A DNA stretch of 64,000 bases from an uncultured Dehalococcoidia bacterium (lineage in GTDB: Bacteria; Chloroflexota; Dehalococcoidia; Lucifugimonadales; CAJWUJ01): assembly GCA_913047625.1 (NCBI GenBank), contig CAJWUJ010000005.1, positions 6,239 through 70,238 of the forward strand, in the 5' to 3' direction. The notes beneath the pieces are model-generated. The model had not been told where the DNA came from. It searched no databases and worked only from the letters and a program-made list of their open reading frames with translations. Shown one piece after another: positions 20,263 to 27,904 of the stretch. Made by a program: the position numbers and the translations under genes. The number at the start of each line of letters is the position of its first letter. The first letter of the stretch is position 1.

Positions 20263-21021
20263 TTAACCCCTCCCAACAAAAGGCATCGTTGTAGCCATTA
20301 TAGTCATAAATAAGATATTTGTATCCAGTGGGAGATTCGCAATATAAAGCACTGAATCTGCGACGTGTTGTACATCGAAGGTAGGTTCTGACTGAGAATC
20401 TCCACTAGGCTGCGGAGTTCCTGTCTTGTGTCTTTGCGTCATATCAGTAGACGCATTGCCTATATCGATTTGGCTGCAAGCTATACTGTATTTACGGCCA
20501 TCTAGTGCGGTTGATTTGGTGAGGCCAGTTATACCGTGCTTCGATGCCGTGTATGGGGCTGAGTGTACTCGAGGTGTACTCGCTGATATTGATCCGTTAT
20601 TTATGATTCTCCCACCCATCGGACTTTGGCTCTTCATAATCTTGATGGCTTCTTGTGTACACAGAAAAGTTCCTGTCAGGTTTGTATCCACCACCGTTTT
20701 CCATTGCGATAAGGTGAGATCTTCCATAGGTATCGAAGCGTTTCCAGCTCCTGCATTGTTAAAGAGAACATCGAGCCTACCAAACTTTTCTTTGGTTTTA
20801 GCGAATAACTGTTGAACTGAGCTGTGATCAGCGATGTCGGTAGATTGTATTAGGATATTTTTGTAGTCCGCACCGGATTCGGCAGCTGTTTTTGCTAGAG
20901 CGTCTTCACGCCTTCCTGCTAGAGATACGGAGTATCCGTTGTTCAGCAAAGCTATTGCACAGTGCTTGCCAATTCCAGAGCCTGCTCCGGTTATCAGTGC
21001 TACTTTTTGTCTCGTTGTCAT
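20263..21021 (-). CDS. short-chain dehydrogenase/reductase (SDR)
   Basis: TGAGSGIGK cofactor motif, NNAG, and the YTASK catalytic YxxxK. Confidence 0.9.
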   Translation of the reverse strand: MTTRQKVALITGAGSGIGKHCAIALLNNGYSVSLAGRREDALAKTAAESGADYKNILIQSTDIADHSSVQQLFAKTKEKFGRLDVLFNNAGAGNASIPMEDLTLSQWKTVVDTNLTGTFLCTQEAIKIMKSQSPMGGRIINNGSISASTPRVHSAPYTASKHGITGLTKSTALDGRKYSIACSQIDIGNASTDMTQRHKTGTPQPSGDSQSEPTFDVQHVADSVLYIANLPLDTNILFMTIMATTMPFVGRG

Positions 21022-21087
21022 AGGCTAACTGTCCTTCTGATCAAAAGTCTCCAGAGCTGTTGGATCTGTAGAGCGTATCCTGTTTAC

Positions 21088-21118
21088 ATCATTTTCCACA
21101 TTATATGTGGAAAATGAT
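21088..21118. promoter_or_regulatory. 31-bp perfect palindrome, candidate operator in a divergent promoter region
   Basis: ATCATTTTCCACAT-TAT-ATGTGGAAAATGAT with 14-bp arms and no mismatch. It sits 67 bp upstream of the SDR start. No T-run follows on either strand. Confidence 0.5.
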
Positions 21119-21261
21119 AAGTACTTCAACAGAACTACGCGGCAACTGCTTTAAAGGCAAGAATTGGATAGTGGTATCAATGATAACTCATTATTTCCAT
21201 TAATGGTGTGGAATAACTGTCAGGGTATAAGTGTTGATACAGAGTCAGTAATTACCTGCTC

Positions 21262-21270
21262 TGGTATAAT
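21262..21270 (+). promoter_or_regulatory. extended -10 promoter element candidate (TGGTATAAT)
   Basis: TGnTATAAT match about 58 nt upstream of the preferred start of the small Cys-rich ORF. I found no good -35. Confidence 0.3.
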
Positions 21271-21327
21271 GGTGTGGCTAACAGACAATGTATGATGACT
21301 AATCGGAGTCGCAAAAAGGTAGGTGTG

Positions 21328-21483
21328 ATGGTTCAAGGGACGTTTGATTGGGATCGGATCCTCGACGAATTGATAGAGGTGGATGATACGCGATGTGATG
21401 TTTGTGGTAACGCGACAGAGGTAGTGCATTGCAAAATAGTTTGCAGGTCCTGCGGCAATATTAGGGATTGTTCGGATCCCTAA
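21328..21483 (+). CDS. small Cys-rich (zinc-ribbon-like) protein
   Basis: 51 aa counted from ATG 21328, with AAGGTAGG upstream. Cys pattern CDVC...HCKIVCRSC. The tracked ORF start at 21274 would precede the putative promoter. Confidence 0.4.
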   Translation: MVQGTFDWDRILDELIEVDDTRCDVCGNATEVVHCKIVCRSCGNIRDCSDP

Positions 21484-21504
21484 TTTATTTTTAGGAGGTG
21501 GCTT

Positions 21505-21690
21505 ATGCCAACCATTCATGTAGAAATGTATGAAGGAAGAACAAAAGAGCAAAAAGCGGAGCTTGCTAAGGCTATCACAAAGGCCATTGTTGATATAGCA
21601 AAATCAACTCCTGAGTCTACTCACATAATTTTTTACGATGTTCCTAAGTCAAATATGGCTCACGGAGGAGTGTTAGCCTCTGACTCTTAG
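21505..21690 (+). CDS. 4-oxalocrotonate tautomerase family enzyme
   Basis: 61 aa starting MPTIHVEMYEGRTKEQKAELAKAIT. This gives the catalytic Pro1 and the classic 4-OT beta-alpha-beta pattern. AGGAGG SD upstream. Confidence 0.85.
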   Translation: MPTIHVEMYEGRTKEQKAELAKAITKAIVDIAKSTPESTHIIFYDVPKSNMAHGGVLASDS

Positions 21691-21755
21691 GTTAATACTA
21701 TAGTGCAGTCGGATAAGGGTGGCTTTGTGGGATCCCCGTTTCAAATCTGGGAAGA

Positions 21756-21829
21756 TGGCTGCCCGACCTGGATTCGAACCAGGGATTTCAGCTCCAAAGG
21801 CTGACGTGCTACCGCTACACTATCGGGCA
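21756..21829 (-). tRNA. tRNA-Gln (anticodon TTG), CCA encoded
   Basis: The reverse complement folds as acceptor TGCCCGA/TCGGGCA (U1-A72), anticodon stem TCAGC/GCTGA with loop CTTTGGA, T-arm CCTGG-TTCGAAT-CCAGG, discriminator G, then CCA. Confidence 0.9.
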
Positions 21830-21966
21830 TAGGTATCTATCCTACAAGAAAATACTCGATTGGTTCAATGCCGCTCCGTTGGATGGACTCCATAGGCTAT
21901 GTCAACATTGATAAAAGACTGACGTTGTATAAGCTACATGTTTTAAGGTGAATAGAGAATTTATAT

Positions 21967-23163
21967 ATGAATATAAAGAGAGATAATGTAACCCAAAGGC
22001 AACGGCTTTGGTTACTAGTTATAACTTGTTTAGGCCATTCTGTAAAACACATTTATAATGCTGGCTTCTTTATCATTTTGCCAGAGCTTAAACAAAGTTT
22101 GCAGTTAACTAACGCGGGGGTTGGAACGATTTCTATGGGTAGGAATATCTCAGGTGGGATAGGGAATTTCCCCTGGGGATTTCTATCTGACAGATTTAGT
22201 CATCAATTTGTTACTATTTTGGCAGTTGGTATGATTCTAATTGGGATCACTCATTCTGTATTCGGTTTTGTAACGTCTTATTGGCAGGCTTTTGCTATGG
22301 CCGCGATTAGTCATATTGCAATAGGATCATGGCATCCAGCAGCTATTGGATCACTTTCCAGGGTATTTGCTGAGAAACGTGGGTTTGCAATTTCTATTCA
22401 TGGTATCGGAGCTAGTATAGGTGAGACTATCGGACCAATATTTGTTGGTGCCCTTTTGAGTTTTACGGTTTGGCAATCGATACTTCATTGGGGGTTAGTG
22501 CCTGCATTATTGACCTCAGTGATGGTTTTTGTAACATTGCGCTCTATTCGCATAGAATCTCAGGACTTAACTGTCCGCTTGTATATTGCGGCATTTATCA
22601 ACCTCTTTCGCAACAAAAAGCTTTTGTTGGTATTGGTTTTCACGGGTGGCTATGCATCTGCTCAAAGTATTGTTATTACGTTTCTCCCCATCTATGTTCG
22701 AGAAGATCTTGGTCAGTCTGCGGTAGTTTTAGGTACTTACTTAACTGCAGCTCAAGCGATTGGTATTCTATCGCAGCCTGCTATGGGATACTTTTCTGAT
22801 CGTTTCAGCCGGAAGTCAGTTATTGTTCCTAGTCTTTTGCTAATGGGAGTGCTATACATTTTGCTTTTTGTAATGTCGTCAGGACCTGCTTTTGTAGCTA
22901 TTGTGATTGCTACAGGTCTCGTGAACTTTTCTCTCATGGCAATTTGTCTGGCTGCGTGCGCAGATGTGGTAGATCCAAAGCTTCACGGCACAACGATTTC
23001 ACTGGTTTTTTCATCGTTTGTGATTTTTGCGGGCATTTTCCCTTTGGTCGCTGGTTTTTTGGCTGATACTGAAGGCGTCAAAAGCGTATTCTTTTTCGCA
23101 GGTTGCATCGCTTTAATCAGTGGGATATTTGCGTTGCTTGTCCCATGGGGGAAAGTTCGGTAG
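21967..23163 (+). CDS. MFS transporter
   Basis: 398 aa with about 12 hydrophobic helices and a GxLSDRF-type loop motif present twice (GFLSDRFS, GYFSDRFSRK). Confidence 0.85.
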   Translation: MNIKRDNVTQRQRLWLLVITCLGHSVKHIYNAGFFIILPELKQSLQLTNAGVGTISMGRNISGGIGNFPWGFLSDRFSHQFVTILAVGMILIGITHSVFGFVTSYWQAFAMAAISHIAIGSWHPAAIGSLSRVFAEKRGFAISIHGIGASIGETIGPIFVGALLSFTVWQSILHWGLVPALLTSVMVFVTLRSIRIESQDLTVRLYIAAFINLFRNKKLLLVLVFTGGYASAQSIVITFLPIYVREDLGQSAVVLGTYLTAAQAIGILSQPAMGYFSDRFSRKSVIVPSLLLMGVLYILLFVMSSGPAFVAIVIATGLVNFSLMAICLAACADVVDPKLHGTTISLVFSSFVIFAGIFPLVAGFLADTEGVKSVFFFAGCIALISGIFALLVPWGKVR

Positions 23164-23249
23164 TAGGTGTAGTTTCCACTAGTGTCTTGATAAGGCTAAA
23201 TCACTATGATATACATCTAAGTCATTATTGGTTTTGAGGATAGTAATTT

Positions 23250-24173
23250 ATGTGCGGTGTATGTGGCGTTCTGTACAAAACAAAAAACGGAGAGAAATCT
23301 GCTCCGGTGGGTGTAGCGTTGACAGAAATGTTGGCTACGATGGCTCACCGAGGGGAAGATTCTACTGGTATAACGGTCGCTAATCACAGCGAAAAAACTG
23401 ATTTCATCGTTCGCCTTTGGGCAGAAGATGTGCACGGAGCAAAGCAACACATAGGAGAAGCCGCTGCTGTTCACAATATTACCCCGGTTATTGACAGAAT
23501 GAATGGAAACTTTATTCGTGTGCTCGTAAAAGTCAATCAGGATCAGGATATTGCTGACCAGGTAAAAACATTATCTACGTTTTTCAATCAAGTTGAAGGA
23601 GTCACACTCCATAGCATTGGTAATGTTTCTGAGGTGATCAAGGACACTGGAACTGCAGAGGATTTAGATCTAAGACATAGTATAAGGGCCATGTCTGGAT
23701 CTCATGGGATTGGCCATGTTCGTCTGGCTACAGAAAGTCGTGTTGATATAACCCATTCTCACCCGTTTTGGGCATATCCTTTCGCAGACGTGACCGTAGT
23801 GCATAATGGCCAGTTAACCAATTACCATAAATTACGAAGAAAATACGAAGCTGGTGGCCATAAATTCTTAACAGGAAATGATTCTGAGTTAATTGCTGTT
23901 TACTTGGCAGACAAACTATCGAGGGGTTTAAGTTTACATGACTCTCTGAGTGGAGCGTTGGGTGATTTAGATGGCACATTCACGTTTTTAGTTGCTACTT
24001 CTGACAGTATTGGATATGCAAAAGACCGTTGGGCAGCTAAACCTTTGGTCATACGAGAAGATAAACACGTTGTAGCGATTGCTTCTGAAGAAGTGGCTCT
24101 GGATACTTTAGGGTTAGGTGAATCGCAGCGAATTGAACCGCAGGAAAACGAGGTAATGACTTGGTCGATATAG
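23250..24173 (+). CDS. mgsA: class-II (Ntn) glutamine amidotransferase subunit, N-methylglutamate synthase subunit A-like
   Basis: Starts MCGVCGV (nucleophile Cys after Met). GATase_2 pattern (HVRLATES, HPF, VHNGQLTNY). First gene of the three-gene split-GOGAT-like set that precedes gmaS. Confidence 0.75.
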   Translation: MCGVCGVLYKTKNGEKSAPVGVALTEMLATMAHRGEDSTGITVANHSEKTDFIVRLWAEDVHGAKQHIGEAAAVHNITPVIDRMNGNFIRVLVKVNQDQDIADQVKTLSTFFNQVEGVTLHSIGNVSEVIKDTGTAEDLDLRHSIRAMSGSHGIGHVRLATESRVDITHSHPFWAYPFADVTVVHNGQLTNYHKLRRKYEAGGHKFLTGNDSELIAVYLADKLSRGLSLHDSLSGALGDLDGTFTFLVATSDSIGYAKDRWAAKPLVIREDKHVVAIASEEVALDTLGLGESQRIEPQENEVMTWSI

Positions 24174-24844
24174 ACGCCTCCCAAATGACGACACGAGATA
24201 TTAATCTGAGGCTGAAGTCTAACAGTTTTAGCAATAACGGTATAACGGTAAAAAATTCGCAAGGTAGACATAATTTGGGTGTAGGTCTTTCTTCAAACAC
24301 CGAAATAAAGTTTGAGGGCAATGTAGGTTATTTTTGTGGCGGTTTGTCAAGCCAATGCCAGATTGTAATCCAAGGCAATGCAGGTTGGGCTGTAGGGGAC
24401 AATTTAATGAGTGGATCTATTGCTGTCGAAGGCAACGCAGGTGCTTCAGCAGGGAGTACCATGCGAGGAGGTAGTCTTTTCGTTCGTGGGAATAGTGGTG
24501 CCAGAACGGGGATCTCCATGAAGGGTGGCCACTTAGTGGTTGGAGGAGACTCAGGTTTTATGACTGGATTTATGATGCAGAAAGGACGTATTGTTGTATG
24601 TGGAAACGTGGGCGAAGCAGTAGGAGATTCCATGTATGAAGGAGAAATATTTGTAGGTGGGACGATCGGATCCCTAGGGAGTGATGCTATTGTGCAGGAT
24701 GCTTCTGAGGATGAATTGATTGAAGTGTGGGAGATGTTGGCGAAAGAAGGGATTGCAGAACGACCTAAGTTTAAGAAAATTGTATCTGCTAAAAAACTCT
24801 ATCACTTTGATAGTTTGGAACGCTTAGAAAAAAACGTAATCTAG
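24161..24844 (+). CDS. mgsB: GXGXG-motif (GltB C-terminal domain-like) subunit, N-methylglutamate synthase subunit B-like
   Basis: Repeated G-x-G beta-helix motifs (GNAGWAVGDNLMSGSIAVEGNAGASAG...VRGNSGARTG). 13-nt overlap with mgsA. Confidence 0.75.
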   Translation: MVDIDASQMTTRDINLRLKSNSFSNNGITVKNSQGRHNLGVGLSSNTEIKFEGNVGYFCGGLSSQCQIVIQGNAGWAVGDNLMSGSIAVEGNAGASAGSTMRGGSLFVRGNSGARTGISMKGGHLVVGGDSGFMTGFMMQKGRIVVCGNVGEAVGDSMYEGEIFVGGTIGSLGSDAIVQDASEDELIEVWEMLAKEGIAERPKFKKIVSAKKLYHFDSLERLEKNVI

Positions 24845-24860
24845 GAGTATTAGAATATAG

Positions 24861-26156
24861 ATGGTAAAGCCGAGTAGCCAAATTTGGACGCCTGAGGCAA
24901 TAGAGGACGTACATGAGAAAGCTGAACTGGGTCGGTATCGCATCCGAGGGTTCAGTTCTTTTCAAAAAGTACCACATTTTGACGATTTGGTATTTTTATC
25001 TACGGGACTTACGAGATTTCCTTTAGAAGGCTACAAAGAGAAATGTAATACTAAGGTGGTTATTGGGCATCGATACGCTAGTCAGCCTTTGGAGTTAGCC
25101 ACCCCAATTTACATCACTGGCATGAGTTATGGAGCTCTCTCCCAGACCGCTAAAAATGCTTTGGCTCGGGCCTCAAGTATGGTTGGTGTTGCTACATGTA
25201 CTGGCGATGGTGGTATGTTGCCATCAGAAAGGAAGAATGCTGATAAGTTGATTTATCAAGTATTGCCAAGTAGATATGGTTCAAGTCCTGCTGATTTAAT
25301 GCAGTCTGATGCCATTGAAATTGTGGTAGGTCAAGGAGCGAAGCCAGGTACAGGGGGTTTACTCATGGGAGTCAAAGTACTGGGCGACGTTGCGGAAATG
25401 AGAGATTTGCCCAGTGGTATTGATCAAAGGAGTCCTACACGGCATCCAGATTGGTTAGGACCTGATGACTTGTCAATTAAAATAGAAGAATTACGTGAAG
25501 CTACTGAAGGTAGGGTTCCTATACATGTAAAATTACCCGCATGTCGTGTGGTGGACGATGTCAAACTTGCCGCAAAAGCTGGTGCAGACGCTATTGTTAT
25601 TGACAGTATGTTGGCTGGGACTGGGGCATCCGCGGATATTATGCTGGATCAAAGTGGGATACCAACGATAGCCGCTATTCCTTTAGCTCGCAAAGCTTTG
25701 TCTGAGCTTGGGTTAGATGGGGAGGTAAGTCTTATAGCATCAGGAGGGATCAGGAATGGGGCAGATGTTGCAAAAGCTTTGGCATTAGGAGCTGATGCAG
25801 TAGCCATTGGGTTAGCAGCTTTAATAGCCTTAAATTGCAATAAGGAAATTCCTGAAGCCAATTATGAGCAAGAAATAGGTGTACCAGCTGGCTATTGTCG
25901 TCATTGTCACACCGGGAAATGCCCTGTCGGGATCACTACCCAGGATCCTGATTTGGAACAGCGGCTTGATTTTGAGCAAGCGGCAAATAGGGTAGCGAAT
26001 TTTATCAATGCAACAAGTATGGAACTAGCTTTGATTACCAGATCATTAGGTAAAGGAGACGTGCGTAGTCTTGAACCTGAAGATTTGGTTGCTCTTACTA
26101 TGGAAGCTTCGGCTATGGCCCAAATACCTCTTGCAGGAAGCAACAAGGTCTATTGA
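24861..26156 (+). CDS. mgsC: FMN-binding glutamate-synthase-family subunit, N-methylglutamate synthase subunit C-like
   Basis: 431 aa. GltB FMN-domain motifs (VGQGAKPGTGGLL, ASGGIRNGADVAKALALGADAV) and a C-terminal Cys cluster CRHCHTGKCPVGITTQD. Confidence 0.78.
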   Translation: MVKPSSQIWTPEAIEDVHEKAELGRYRIRGFSSFQKVPHFDDLVFLSTGLTRFPLEGYKEKCNTKVVIGHRYASQPLELATPIYITGMSYGALSQTAKNALARASSMVGVATCTGDGGMLPSERKNADKLIYQVLPSRYGSSPADLMQSDAIEIVVGQGAKPGTGGLLMGVKVLGDVAEMRDLPSGIDQRSPTRHPDWLGPDDLSIKIEELREATEGRVPIHVKLPACRVVDDVKLAAKAGADAIVIDSMLAGTGASADIMLDQSGIPTIAAIPLARKALSELGLDGEVSLIASGGIRNGADVAKALALGADAVAIGLAALIALNCNKEIPEANYEQEIGVPAGYCRHCHTGKCPVGITTQDPDLEQRLDFEQAANRVANFINATSMELALITRSLGKGDVRSLEPEDLVALTMEASAMAQIPLAGSNKVY

Positions 26157-26204
26157 GCCTTCACTGATATAAGGACATGATCATTTTCTCTATAAGGAGT
26201 ACTA

Positions 26205-27566
26205 ATGATGGTTACGCGTGAAGAAATTGCCAAGAAACTGAGTCAGGATGGTATCCGATATATTCTGGTTCAATTTGTTGACATTCATGGCTCAGCTAAA
26301 CTGAAAATGGTTCCAGTCGAAGCATTTCCTGGCATGATTGACCAGGGGGCAGGTTTTGCAGGCGGTGCCGTTTCAGGACTAGGACAAGGACCACATGATC
26401 ATGACATGATGGCTCGAATCGATATTGAAACCTATACCCCTCTTCCGTGGAAGTCTGGTTTTGCAAGATTCGCAAGCGACTTATATGTGGATGATGAACC
26501 GTACGGCAATTGCCCTCGGTTGAACTTAAAGAAGATCTTATCAGAGTTGAAAGAGCAAGGGTTTATTTTTAACGTGGGGATTGAACCAGAGCATTTCCTA
26601 GTCAGTCGTGATGGTGACGGAACAATAAGGCCTTGGGATCCTCATGCCGTTGATACATTGGCTAAGCCATGCTATGACTTTAAGGGTATTGGTAACGCGG
26701 TTGATTATTTACAAGATATGATGGGTTCGATGAACCAATTGGGATGGGGTTGTTACCAATCAGATCATGAAGATGCTAATGGTCAATATGAGATTAACTT
26801 TGATTACAATGATGCATTGATCACCGCAGATCGGTTTACGTTTTTCAAAATGATGGCTAGTCAAGTAGCTGGTAAATACGGGGCTATTGCAACGTTTATG
26901 CCTAAACCTTTTTCGGATAGAACTGGTAGTGGAGCTCATATTCACTATCATTTGGCTGATGCTGCTACAGGTGAAAATGTGTTCTTAGATAACGATGATA
27001 AAAGAGGCTTAGGTTTATCCAAATTGGCTTATCACTTCATAGGCGGCATATTAGCCCATGCTCGCGCCTTGTGTGCAATTAGTTCCCCTACGGTCAACTG
27101 CTATAAAAGATTGCAGATAGGGTCTGCGCTTTATGGTTCCCGATCAGGTTTCTTGTGGACACCGGCCTTTATTACTTACGGTGATAATAATCGTACACAA
27201 ATGATTAGAACGGCAGGACCCGGCCATCTTGAAGACCGAACTATATCATCGGCATGTAATCCTTATTTGAGCTTCGGAGCGTATGTTGCTGCCGGCTTAG
27301 ATGGAATAAAAAGACAATTACTCCCTGGTGAGCCAAATAAGGAAAATATGTATGAAAAAACTATAGAAGATTTGAAAGCTCGTTCTATTGGAGTTTTGCC
27401 ACAAAGCTTAGAGGAAGCTTTAAACTGTCTAGAGCAAGATGAGATTGTTTTGAGTACGCTAGGACCATTGGCCAAGGATTTTATCGAGCTTAAGCGTTTA
27501 GAATGGTTAGAATACCATCGCTTGGTTAGTCAATGGGAAGTGGACCGATACCTTACTTTTTTCTAG
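26205..27566 (+). CDS. gmaS: glutamine-synthetase-family protein, gamma-glutamylmethylamide synthetase-like
   Basis: 453-aa GS fold (IRYILVQFVDIHG, GSGAHIHYHL). It sits between the mgsABC-like and sarcosine-oxidase-like genes, as in known N-methylglutamate pathway clusters. Confidence 0.7.
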   Translation: MMVTREEIAKKLSQDGIRYILVQFVDIHGSAKLKMVPVEAFPGMIDQGAGFAGGAVSGLGQGPHDHDMMARIDIETYTPLPWKSGFARFASDLYVDDEPYGNCPRLNLKKILSELKEQGFIFNVGIEPEHFLVSRDGDGTIRPWDPHAVDTLAKPCYDFKGIGNAVDYLQDMMGSMNQLGWGCYQSDHEDANGQYEINFDYNDALITADRFTFFKMMASQVAGKYGAIATFMPKPFSDRTGSGAHIHYHLADAATGENVFLDNDDKRGLGLSKLAYHFIGGILAHARALCAISSPTVNCYKRLQIGSALYGSRSGFLWTPAFITYGDNNRTQMIRTAGPGHLEDRTISSACNPYLSFGAYVAAGLDGIKRQLLPGEPNKENMYEKTIEDLKARSIGVLPQSLEEALNCLEQDEIVLSTLGPLAKDFIELKRLEWLEYHRLVSQWEVDRYLTFF

Positions 27567-27622
27567 AGTTGAATGAATGGAAATAGAAGAGATTTTAAAT
27601 ATAGGCGGACTAGGTTTTTAAT

Positions 27623-27883
27623 ATGACTTATCTGATATCTTGTCCAGGTTGTGGAGACAGAGGTGTCGATGATTATCGATACGGTGGGTCTGTTTTAAAA
27701 AGACCAGGGTATAACGATGATCCTGAACTGTGGGACTCTTATTTTTATTTGCGGGTCAATAGAGCAGGAATGGAGAAAGAATGGTGGTATCACAGAATGG
27801 GTTGTAAGCAATGGTTTATAGCAGAACGGGATAGTACCACTAATCAAGTACATGTTACTTATTGGCCAGGGGAAAATAAGTGA
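27623..27883 (+). CDS. mgdB: sarcosine oxidase delta-subunit family protein (N-methylglutamate dehydrogenase subunit)
   Basis: 86 aa. The CPGCGDRGVDDYRYGG pattern is typical of the SoxD family. Confidence 0.75.
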   Translation: MTYLISCPGCGDRGVDDYRYGGSVLKRPGYNDDPELWDSYFYLRVNRAGMEKEWWYHRMGCKQWFIAERDSTTNQVHVTYWPGENK

Positions 27884-27904
27884 TTACAAGAGGATGTTGT
27901 AGTT

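Noticed and set aside
21220-21552. 110-aa minus-strand ORF spanning the small Cys-rich ORF and the 4-OT start
   Set aside because: It overlaps the canonical 4-OT start and its SD, and it has no recognisable motif or SD. I kept it only as a caveat on the coding status of the mini-protein.
21731-21738. GGGATCCC palindrome between the 4-OT gene and tRNA-Gln as a possible terminator
   Set aside because: It is a self-complementary 8-mer without a loop or T-run, so it has no terminator structure.
23250-26156. Interpretation as a second, archaeal-type split glutamate synthase
   Set aside because: A full gltBD pair already lies at 4222-10186. This trio is fused in an operon with a GmaS-like GS and a four-subunit sarcosine-oxidase-like enzyme, which is the signature of the N-methylglutamate pathway. 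This is not proven without biochemistry.
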